From: Bryobacteraceae bacterium
Lineage (GTDB): Bacteria; Acidobacteriota; Terriglobia; Bryobacterales; Bryobacteraceae
Direction of reading: 5' to 3'
Assembly: GCA_049520275.1 (NCBI GenBank)
Contig: JBEKPY010000032.1
Span: 26,277-90,276, forward strand
Length of the DNA: 64,000 bases
The notes beneath the pieces are model-generated. The model worked only from the letters and a program-made list of their open reading frames with translations. It was not told the DNA's origin and made no database searches. This document shows positions 29,109 to 37,452 of the stretch, in pieces. Positions within the stretch are counted from its first letter, which is position 1. Each line of letters starts with the position of its first letter. The position numbers and the translations under genes were made by a program.

Positions 29109-30111
29109 GAAGCCATGGCCTGAAAGTGCCGCCGAAATGCGTGGAAATCCATTCCCGTGAGTACACCGTTTCGAAATATCGGTCCCCCCGGTCGCAGAGA
29201 ATCGCCACGACAATTGCCCCCGCCGGAATCCGGGTTCTCATCCTGCCAATCGCGGAAATCACCGCTCCCGAGGAGCCACCGGCCAGGATAGCCTCGCTCT
29301 GGAGCAGACGGAAGCAACCCTCCACGCATTCGCGGTCGGACACATGTACACAGTCGTCTTCGAGGCCGCTCTCGTACAGCGCCGGTCTTCTCGATGCGCC
29401 GTGCCCCGGGATGAGCCGCCGCTGTGGCTCGTTCCCAAAGATCACGCTGCCCACGGCGTCCACCGCGATGATCTTAGTGCTCAAAGCGTGATCGCGCACG
29501 TAGTCCCGGCAGCCGCGCAGCGTGCCACAGGTGCTGGTCGCAACAAACAGATAATCCACCTGGCGCCCCAGATCCCGATCGAGCTCCCCACACATGTCGT
29601 ATTGTGCCCGAGGGTTGCTGGGATTGGCGTATTGATCGATCCAGAAGCTGTCGGCAATGCGCGCCTGCAGTTGTTTCACGCGGTTCAGGCGAGCCGTCAA
29701 AAGCTCTCCGCTAACTGGATCGGCCTGGTCCACGACTTCAACCTCAGCCCCGTATGCCTTCAGGATTGCGATGTGGCTTACTGTCGTCCGGCTGTCGACC
29801 ACGCACACGAAACGAAGCTTCAACAATGCGCACGCTTGCGCCAGTCCGACGCCGAGATTGCCCGAGCTCGACTCGATGATGGTTGTGCGCGGCCCTACAT
29901 CTCCGCGGTCACAGGCGTCCAGCAGCATTCCCCGAGCAGATCGGTCCTTACCACTGCCTCCGGGATTCATCATTTCGAGCTTGGCGTACAGCGCGAAATC
30001 GATCGGTGCGAACACCCGCGTGAGCTGCACCAGGGGAGTATTCCCCACCGCAGCAAGAACGCCGCTCGCCTCCGTGGAAGTGTCTAACCGGGCTTTTGCT
30101 TCAGCGGCCAC
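29092..30111 (-). CDS. sbnA: SbnA-like PLP-dependent cysteine-synthase-family enzyme (N-(2-amino-2-carboxyethyl)-glutamate synthase)
   Basis: 339 aa; GNTPLV, PGGSGKDRSA lysine-PLP motif, GTGGT-like glycine loop. Pairs with the sbnB homologue as in staphyloferrin B Dap supply. Confidence 0.7.
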   Translation of the reverse strand: MAAEAKARLDTSTEASGVLAAVGNTPLVQLTRVFAPIDFALYAKLEMMNPGGSGKDRSARGMLLDACDRGDVGPRTTIIESSSGNLGVGLAQACALLKLRFVCVVDSRTTVSHIAILKAYGAEVEVVDQADPVSGELLTARLNRVKQLQARIADSFWIDQYANPSNPRAQYDMCGELDRDLGRQVDYLFVATSTCGTLRGCRDYVRDHALSTKIIAVDAVGSVIFGNEPQRRLIPGHGASRRPALYESGLEDDCVHVSDRECVEGCFRLLQSEAILAGGSSGAVISAIGRMRTRIPAGAIVVAILCDRGDRYFETVYSREWISTHFGGTFRPWLHESGN

Positions 30112-30716
30112 TCTCAGTTCTCCTCACCGCCCATGGAGATGTTCCGGCTGGAGACGGTAACCCCTGGCATTCCAAGGACGGCAGTACGCAGCGGTTCCAA
30201 AGGGGTCGGCAATCTCCACGCAGGACGAGTAGGCTCCCATTCCCAGCCATAGTGATACGGCCTGGGACAAAGCTGCTGAGATGCCTGGCGCCAAAGAACC
30301 GGGCTGTTCTCGCAGACAGAAACGGGACAGTGACGTCGATATACAATTCCTCCAACGGTCTCGATCAGCCACGAAATCCTCATAGCGCCGCTCTAAGACG
30401 ACCGCAGAATCGTCGCGCGGCGCAGGAATTATTGTCATCATCGCGAAGTCCCCGGCGCGAGTCAAGGAAAATCTTTTTTGTTTTTCAAAGTCGCCGCTCA
30501 CCGCCACCGTGCGTTCTCGCCAAGAGTAACCCTGTCGGCCGACGCCGGACATTCGGCATCGGCAAGGGCGAACAACGGACGAAATTAGCGGTGTTTCCCG
30601 ACCGAGTCGTGTACCGGGGGAAACACTGGTTGTGAGATCGCGAGGTCTGTGGTACCCATAGTAGATCTTGGGGATTTCGACCTGGGTTTGAAATCCTGTT
30701 CGCCAGAGGACGCCAC

Positions 30717-33284
30717 GTGCAGGTAGTTCAGATTTTGCTGCTCGAGTCTCCGGAAGCGTGGAAGCGTGTGTTGATCGTCGCGGGCATAGCTGGCGCTGGC
30801 AACGCGGCTATCCTGGGGATCATCAACCGCAGCGCCTTGCTGGCCCCAACCGACAGCAACCTGCTCATTCTCGGCCTCTTGCTGCTGTTCGGGATGTGCA
30901 TGCTGGCGCTCTTCATGGGGAAGCGCTACGCGTTCATCCAGGCCTCCGTGATCGTGGAGAACATGATCAGCGACCGGCTGATCCGCGTCTCCAACAAGAT
31001 CCGCCACACGGAGCTGGAACTGGTGGAGAGCCTGGGGCACGGCGAGCTGTTCACCCGGCTCTGCCAGGACACGGCCCTGATTTCGCAGTCCGGACTGATG
31101 CTGGTGGACGCGGCGCAGCAGTCGCTGGTGCTGCTGTTTTGTTTGTGTTACATCGCGGTGCTCTCGCTCCCGGCGTTCGTCGTCACCGTGGGCACCATCG
31201 CGGCTGGCGTGGCCGTCTATTTCCGGCATGCCGGGAAGTTGCAGGCGCTGCTGCACCGGCTCAAGGGAAAGGAATCGCGTCTGGTGGACGCGCTGGGTCA
31301 CATGGTCGACGGATTCAAGGAAATCCGGATGAATCGAAAGAAAAGCGACGCGGTATTCGTTGAGTTCACGGAGTTATCCGAAGGCGTGCGCGCGCTGAAG
31401 ATCGACACCCAGGCCATGTTTCTGGTCGACATCATGTTGTCGGACCTGGTGTTCTATTCGCTGCTGGCTGTCGTCGTTTTCCTGCTGCCGCGCTTCCACC
31501 ACACCACGGGCGCCGCCGTGCTCATGACCACGGCGGCGATCCTGTTCATCATGGGCCCGTTGCAACTGGTGGTGCAGGCGGCTCCGGTGCTGCAGCGGGC
31601 CCAGGCGGCCATCGCCGACCTGGCGGTCCTCGAAGAGAAGCTCGACCGCGCCGGCGCCAGCGGCGAGGGGCCTGCCGACGGCCGCTGGCGGGGTTTCCAA
31701 ACGATCTCCATCGATTCCGTGGTTTTCGCCTACGCCGAGCGCGATGGCGTCAATGGCGCCTTCTCGGTGGGGCCGCTGAGCACGCAGATCCGCCGCGGCG
31801 AGACTATTTTCATTGTGGGCGGCAACGGCAGCGGCAAGACCACCGCGCTCAAGCTGCTGACCGGGCTGTACTTCCCCCACAGCGGGGCCATTCTGGTGGA
31901 TCGCGAGTTGCTGACGCGCGGCAACGTGCAGAACTACCGCGAGCTTTTTTCCACCGTTTTCGCGCAGTTTCATCTGTTCGACCGGTTGTACGGGGCGGAG
32001 GACGTCGATCCCCGCTCGGTGCAGGCGATTCTGGAGGAAATGGAGCTGGCGGGGAAAACGCGCTTCGAAGGGGGACGTTTCAGCAACCTCAATCTGTCCA
32101 CGGGCCAGCGCAAACGTCTGGCCCTGGCGGTGACTCTGCTGGAAAACAAGGAGATTCTGGTGTTCGACGAGTGGGCCGCCGACCAGGATCAGCACTTTCG
32201 CAGGTACTTTTATGAAGTGGTGCTGAAGCGGCTCAAACAGGAAGGCCGGACGGTGATCGCGGTCACCCACGACGAACGCTTCTGGAAGCACGCCGACCGC
32301 ATCATCAAAATGGACTACGGCGCCATCGTGGAAGATGCCGCGTCGGAGGCGCCGGACACCGATGGTGCGCCGGCCTTCGGGCCACGCCGGGGGAGTGTCG
32401 ATGCCGGGGAGCGGCGCCGAATGAAACGAATTTACGACTGGTTGTCCGGGGTGCCCGGAAGATTGAAGGCTTTCCTGAAACGGCAGATCCCGTACCTGCT
32501 GGTTCTCGGGTTCATCCTGGTGTTCCTGCTGGTCTACTTTTACAACAGCATGTTTGTGGCCATCCACCCGGGAGAACTCGGGGTGCTGTGGAGCATGCTG
32601 GGCGGCGGCACCGTGGTGCACACGGTGTACCGGGAAGGCCTCCACTTTGTCCTGCCCTTCAACCACATGTATGTCTACAACGCCCGCAAGCAGCGCTTCG
32701 CCGACTCCATCGATGTGCTGACCGTCGACGGGCTGACCGTGCACGTGGAGTACTCGGTGCGCTACTATCCGAATCCGGACCTGCTGCCGCTGCTGCATCA
32801 GCGGGTGGGCCCCGACTACCTCAACGTGGTGGTGCGGCCGGAAGTGCGCTCGGTGATCCGAACCGTGTTCGGACAGTACAAGCCGGAGGAGATCTACACC
32901 ACCCAGAAGGCCATCCAGGAACGCGTTTCCGTGGATTCCAAGATTCAGATGGAAGCGCGCTTTGTCTCGGTGGACGACGTGCCGCTGGAGCGCATCTCGC
33001 TGCCGCCGACCTTGGCCCAGGCCATCGAATCCAAGCTGGCGCAGCAGCAACTGGACGAGGAGTACGTCTACCGGCTCGCCGTGGCCGGCAAGGAAGCGCA
33101 GCGGAAACTGATCGAGGCCGGGGGGCAGAAGGCCTACAACGACGTGGTGAACCAGAGCCTGACCCCGTCGTTGCTGGAGTGGCAGGGCATTCTGGCCACC
33201 CTGGAGCTGGCCAAATCTCCCAACGCCAAGGTGGTCATTGTGGGCGGCAAGAACGGCCTCCCCATCATTCTCGGGAAGGAGTGA
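30717..33284 (+). CDS. SyrD/PvdE-type cyclic-peptide ABC exporter (TMD+NBD) fused to a C-terminal SPFH/band-7 (HflK/C-stomatin-like) domain
   Basis: 855 aa, GTG start. Six-TM N-terminus, Walker A GGNGSGKTT, signature LSTGQRKRLAL, Walker B ILVFDEWAADQD, H-loop AVTHDE; then an extra TM (IPYLLVLGFILVFLLVYFY) and an SPFH domain (GELGVLWSMLGGG...HFVLPF...VDGLTVHVEYSVRYY). Confidence 0.8.
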   Translation: MQVVQILLLESPEAWKRVLIVAGIAGAGNAAILGIINRSALLAPTDSNLLILGLLLLFGMCMLALFMGKRYAFIQASVIVENMISDRLIRVSNKIRHTELELVESLGHGELFTRLCQDTALISQSGLMLVDAAQQSLVLLFCLCYIAVLSLPAFVVTVGTIAAGVAVYFRHAGKLQALLHRLKGKESRLVDALGHMVDGFKEIRMNRKKSDAVFVEFTELSEGVRALKIDTQAMFLVDIMLSDLVFYSLLAVVVFLLPRFHHTTGAAVLMTTAAILFIMGPLQLVVQAAPVLQRAQAAIADLAVLEEKLDRAGASGEGPADGRWRGFQTISIDSVVFAYAERDGVNGAFSVGPLSTQIRRGETIFIVGGNGSGKTTALKLLTGLYFPHSGAILVDRELLTRGNVQNYRELFSTVFAQFHLFDRLYGAEDVDPRSVQAILEEMELAGKTRFEGGRFSNLNLSTGQRKRLALAVTLLENKEILVFDEWAADQDQHFRRYFYEVVLKRLKQEGRTVIAVTHDERFWKHADRIIKMDYGAIVEDAASEAPDTDGAPAFGPRRGSVDAGERRRMKRIYDWLSGVPGRLKAFLKRQIPYLLVLGFILVFLLVYFYNSMFVAIHPGELGVLWSMLGGGTVVHTVYREGLHFVLPFNHMYVYNARKQRFADSIDVLTVDGLTVHVEYSVRYYPNPDLLPLLHQRVGPDYLNVVVRPEVRSVIRTVFGQYKPEEIYTTQKAIQERVSVDSKIQMEARFVSVDDVPLERISLPPTLAQAIESKLAQQQLDEEYVYRLAVAGKEAQRKLIEAGGQKAYNDVVNQSLTPSLLEWQGILATLELAKSPNAKVVIVGGKNGLPIILGKE

Positions 33285-33288
33285 AGGG

Positions 33289-34470
33289 GTGAAGAAGACA
33301 CTGGCCGTCGTTCTGCTATTGGCGCTTGGAATCGCCCTGTACCTCCTGCTGCGGCCCTCCGGGGCCCCGATGGCCCGCGGTTCGCCGGACGAAATCCTGA
33401 TCGGTGTGGCCTGGCCGTTCGCCGTGAATCAGGACGGCATGGACAAAGGGCTGATTCTGGCCCAGGAGGAGATCAATGTCCGGGGGCTGCTGGGGAAGCG
33501 CATCCGGCTGTTGATGCGCGACGATCGCATGAACCGCGAGCAGTCGAGAAGGCTCGCGATCGAGTTCTCGCGCAACCCGTCGATGGTGGCCGCCATCGGC
33601 TACTACGACGACAAGTTCGCCGTGCGAGCTTCGGCCATCTTCGAACAGAGCAGCCTGCTGCACATCGTAGCGGGCGCTAACAACACCTATATGACCACGC
33701 ATGGTTTCCGGTATCTGATCCGCTCGGTGCTGCCGAACAACCTGATCGCGCGCAGTCTGGCCCGCCTGTGCACCGACCGCGGCTACCGCAACTTCGCCAT
33801 GGTCGCCGAGGATGGTCCGTTCGGAGAGGACCTGATGTTCCAGATCGGAACGGCGCTGGGCGCCCTGAACGCCAGCACGGTCTACGAGTCGACATACGTA
33901 CCAGGGGAGGTCGATTTCCGCGAGACCGTCGACCAACTGAGAGAAGCCGGAGGAGATGCCATCCTCTTTCTGGGGTTAGAACACGAAGGCGCCGCGTTCA
34001 TCAAGGCGGCTCGCGGCATGGGGCTGAAAACCCCGATTGTGGGGGCCTTCAGCGACACGCCCGAAATGCACGAAATCGCGGGTCCGTTATTGGAAGGCGT
34101 GATGTTCTACGAAATCTACGACGTGAATTCTCCAACGCCGGAGAACCGCGCCTTCGTGGCCAGGTACCGCCATCGCTTCGGCGAAGATCCGGAACCCTAC
34201 GCCGCGCAAGGATACGACGCATTACGAATTCTGGCGAAGGCAATCGGAACCACGGGGTCCACCAACGGTCTCGACCTGGCATACGCGATCCGCTACATGG
34301 ATCCGTGGGAGGGAGCCAATGGTTCTTACAAGTTCGATTCCACCGGGGAACTGGACGACAAGGACCTCTACCTGAAGATGTTCCGTGGAGGCAAACCGGT
34401 CGTGATTGCGACCAGCCATCCGGTTGCTCCGGCCCCCCCCGTGCACGACCAACTGCTTGTTCCTTATTGA
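33289..34470 (+). CDS. Periplasmic substrate-binding protein, type-1 PBP (branched-chain amino acid/Liv-type family)
   Basis: Track ORF starts at 33238; likely start is GTG 33289 (VKKTLAVVLLLALGIALYLL signal/TM), preceded by GGAAGGAG. PBP type-1 fold similarity (IGVAWPF..., GYYDDKFAV...). Confidence 0.65.
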   Translation: MKKTLAVVLLLALGIALYLLLRPSGAPMARGSPDEILIGVAWPFAVNQDGMDKGLILAQEEINVRGLLGKRIRLLMRDDRMNREQSRRLAIEFSRNPSMVAAIGYYDDKFAVRASAIFEQSSLLHIVAGANNTYMTTHGFRYLIRSVLPNNLIARSLARLCTDRGYRNFAMVAEDGPFGEDLMFQIGTALGALNASTVYESTYVPGEVDFRETVDQLREAGGDAILFLGLEHEGAAFIKAARGMGLKTPIVGAFSDTPEMHEIAGPLLEGVMFYEIYDVNSPTPENRAFVARYRHRFGEDPEPYAAQGYDALRILAKAIGTTGSTNGLDLAYAIRYMDPWEGANGSYKFDSTGELDDKDLYLKMFRGGKPVVIATSHPVAPAPPVHDQLLVPY

Positions 34471-34483
34471 CAATGGACAGAAT

Positions 34484-34666
34484 ATGACCCAATATCTTGT
34501 TATTGCGTGGATCCTCGGCAGTTTAATTATTGCCCTGTGCGGCTCCAGGTTTCGGTTCGGATTCTGGGGGTACTTCTTTGGGTCGTTGCTGTTGACGCCC
34601 ATCATCGGCCTGCTTCTATTACTGGCGGCCGTTCCACCCCGTCCCCGGAAATCCGAACGTGTGTAA
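34484..34666 (+). CDS. Small two-TM membrane protein (60 aa)
   Basis: MTQYLVIAWILGSLIIALCGSRFRFGFWGYFFGSLLLTPIIGLLLLLAAV; ATG at 34484 14 nt after the SBP stop. Confidence 0.4.
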   Translation: MTQYLVIAWILGSLIIALCGSRFRFGFWGYFFGSLLLTPIIGLLLLLAAVPPRPRKSERV

Positions 34667-34874
34667 ACGCGGGTCGGCTGATCGTGAACTCGGCGTACCA
34701 GGGATTCCCTTGGGCGTGAATCGTAGAGTACTAAAGTTTTCACCTTACCCGACCGATCACAGAGTTGTTGATCAAATGCATGAGGCAGCCAACAGGAGGT
34801 CCGCGCTGGCTGAGTTCGATCCAGATCGCAAACGGAAGTCCTTCCACCACTAAGCCCGGACAGAACGAGAGAGT

Positions 34875-35621
34875 ATGCCTGCACCGAAAAAGCCCCGATT
34901 GACAAAACAGAATTCGCGGAAGCCGGCAGATGAGCCACCGGCCCCTACTCAGGAAGACGCGCCCATCCCTCCTGCCGGATTTGTGGAGACGAACCGAGAG
35001 ACAGTAGCACGATATCAAGGAGAGAACACTGTGCCCGAAACACAAACTCAACAGCCGACGGGTCCCGACGCGGCAATCGACGCCGCCGCGGCCCCGGCCA
35101 CCCCGGCGGACCCCACCAGTGAGATCAATCGATTGAAGGCGGATATTGTCATAACGAGGCACGTAGCCGTGGCGGCGAGCGCTGGATTGATTCCCCTGCC
35201 AATCGTCGATTTCGCCGCCGTGACCGGCGTGCAATTGACCATGCTCGCTCTGATCTGCAACATCTACAAGCAGCCATTTTCGAAGGAAGCGGTCAGGAGC
35301 ATCATCGCTTCCCTCGTGGGCGGAGCGGTCACCGGCGGCGAAGCCAGTTCCCTCGCCATCAGCAGCAGGCTGAAGTTCATTCCGGTGGTGGGCACGGCGG
35401 TCTCCTGGCTGGTGACTCCGGCCCTGGCGGGCGCCACCACCTACGCCATCGGCAAGGTATTCGTTCGCCACCTGGAGAGCGGCGGCAGCCTGCTTACCTT
35501 CGACGGGAAGAAGATGAAGGGATACATGGAGAAGGCAATGGAGGAAGGCAAGAAGCGGATGCCGCATTGGGGCAAGCGGGCTCCCGCCGCGGCTTCTTTC
35601 GACCCGGCCCCGGCAGTCTAA
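34875..35621 (+). CDS. DUF697-like (YcjF family) membrane-associated protein with Pro/Ala-rich N-terminus
   Basis: 248 aa; conserved block IPLPIVDFAAVTGVQLTMLALICNIYKQPF...KFIPVVGTAVS...ATTYAIGKVF. Confidence 0.4.
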   Translation: MPAPKKPRLTKQNSRKPADEPPAPTQEDAPIPPAGFVETNRETVARYQGENTVPETQTQQPTGPDAAIDAAAAPATPADPTSEINRLKADIVITRHVAVAASAGLIPLPIVDFAAVTGVQLTMLALICNIYKQPFSKEAVRSIIASLVGGAVTGGEASSLAISSRLKFIPVVGTAVSWLVTPALAGATTYAIGKVFVRHLESGGSLLTFDGKKMKGYMEKAMEEGKKRMPHWGKRAPAAASFDPAPAV

Positions 35622-35636
35622 GAAACAGGTGAACCA

Positions 35637-36614
35637 ATGATAAGAACAACGGCCATGGCGCCGGCGCTCGCGGTGTGTCTGGCCATTTCGCTTTACGCCG
35701 CGGAATCCGACACTCAGAGTGCTCCCAGCGGGCAGCAGCCCCCAGCGGCGAGCCAGCCACCCCCACAGACAGCAAACGCACAGCAGGCGCCCGCAGCAGG
35801 CACGCCGCCGGCGACCGCGGCCAGCGCGCCGGCCGCGCCCAAAAAACAGGAAATCGGCAGATGGTGGGAGAAGAGTTCGCGGGAGTACAGTCCGCTGCTG
35901 CCCCAGTGGCTGTTTCACGCCGAAGGCACGCTGTCATATATGAACGCGTCGGGAAACGCCAGCGGGAGCACATTCGACACCACCGACAGGGTAGACGTCC
36001 GGAAGGCTCGCTGCACGGCCCATTCGGTTGTCCGGTGGAGCCGCCAGGATATGGTGTACGGATTCGGTCAGGGGGCGGTGAATTACACCGAGCGAACCCT
36101 GCGCGAACAGGTGGATTGCGACGCCACGAAGACCCTCTACTTCGTTGTGGGTATCGAAGACTACCAGAACACCCTGTGGTACATGGATAAGCGGCTGAAA
36201 GCGTACGTCGGCGGGGCCGCGACCCTGTTCGAGAATGAGAAACAGCAGCTCACTTTTACGGGCGGTGTCGGACACGCGAACTTCACCTTCGACCGCGCCC
36301 GAATCATGGAACTGCCGTTCCCAACCAACATAAACTACAATCCGAGTTCGGGCGGCGCGCTGGGTATCCAAACCTGGCGCTGGAAGGCATGCTCCCGCTT
36401 GACCTTCAACGAAGTTGCCTCTTACATGAAATATTTCGACTCCTATCTCGGCTATAACTGGGAGATCGATTTGAGCGGGGATGTCCCTATCGACAAGCGG
36501 TTTTCCTTCCACGTGACGTATCGCATACAGGACCAGGCCAACAGCATCGTCACGGCGCTGCATGTGTTTGAGCAGGACCGCGCTTTCCTGTTGGGCGTCA
36601 AGGCATCGATGTGA
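35637..36614 (+). CDS. Secreted/outer-membrane protein of unknown function (DUF481-like beta-rich), signal peptide, Pro/Ala/Gln-rich linker
   Basis: 325 aa; signal peptide MIRTTAMAPALAVCLAISLYAAE; low-complexity PQTANAQQAPAAGTPPATAASAPAAP; alternating hydrophobic C-terminal strands. Confidence 0.4.
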   Translation: MIRTTAMAPALAVCLAISLYAAESDTQSAPSGQQPPAASQPPPQTANAQQAPAAGTPPATAASAPAAPKKQEIGRWWEKSSREYSPLLPQWLFHAEGTLSYMNASGNASGSTFDTTDRVDVRKARCTAHSVVRWSRQDMVYGFGQGAVNYTERTLREQVDCDATKTLYFVVGIEDYQNTLWYMDKRLKAYVGGAATLFENEKQQLTFTGGVGHANFTFDRARIMELPFPTNINYNPSSGGALGIQTWRWKACSRLTFNEVASYMKYFDSYLGYNWEIDLSGDVPIDKRFSFHVTYRIQDQANSIVTALHVFEQDRAFLLGVKASM

Positions 36615-36744
36615 CTGGGGGGTGACACGGTGAGAGCGGTCGGCCGCGGCGCCCTTGCCGCCCGAGCTCGAAACTCGCTGGCAGACGAAGTTCGGCCGGC
36701 CGATTCAACCGGGGCTACGGATTAACGGAGACCTCGCGCCGTCT

Positions 36745-37290
36745 CCGCGATTTCCCGTTTCATCGGCTCGATGGCCGTCCCCTCGTCTACGTGTCACTCG
36801 GCGCCACCTTCCACGGCGTGCCCGCCTTCTATCAAGCGTGTTTCGAAACGCTTTGGCGCCCGACCGTGGCCGGTGATTCTCTCCACCGGTGGGGCGAAGC
36901 TCGATTTCAGGGCGCCGCCGGATAACCTTCTGGTGCGCCAGTTTGTTCCGCAACCTGGGCTGCTCGAGCGGGCCGGCGCGTTCGTCACCCACGGCGTCAT
37001 GAACAGCCCGAACCAGGCTCGACTTTGGCGTTCCGTTGGTGATACCGCAGCGCGGAGATCAGCACCTGGTCGGCGCGCGCAACGCGGAACTCGGCGCCAG
37101 ACCCGCGATTTCGGCGCATGAATCGGAATGAACTGGATGCCGCGCGCCTGCGGGGTGCCGTGGAGGCCGCGCTCTCCAATGCGGCTTTCCGCGAAAGGGC
37201 GCAGGCGCTCGGCGCATTGCTGCGTGCTTCGGGCGCTTATCGGCACGCCGCGGACGCGATGCCGGCCGTCGTCCGCTCTCGCGCCAGAAG
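36745..37290 (+). pseudogene. Decayed C-terminal half of a macrolide-type (MGT/GT1 family) UDP-glycosyltransferase, at least 3 frameshifts, N-terminal half absent
   Basis: Three frames each carry consecutive GT1 C-terminal motifs. Frame a: RPLVYVSLGATFHG. Frame b: WPVILSTGG...NLLVRQFVPQPGLLERAGAFVTHGVMNS. Frame c: GVPLVIPQRGDQHLVGARNAELGA. Frame a again: ELDAARLRGAVEAALSNAAFRERAQALGALLRASGAYRHAADAM. Confidence 0.6.
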
Positions 37291-37452
37291 CCCGCGCGCC
37301 ATGACCGTGGTTGCCGCCTCACGGACGCGTGACGACAGCCGTATTCTCGCGCGTCGAACTCGCGTCTTTCGGTGTTGCCATAGACACTCGACGCCGAAAA
37401 GGTTCGGCCTGGTGACGCGGCCGCCGCGCAGGCAGCGCCCGCATCGCCACGT

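Noticed and set aside
31374-33050. Minus-strand 558-aa ORF
   Set aside because: Antisense to the ABC-SPFH gene, which has complete ABC motifs.
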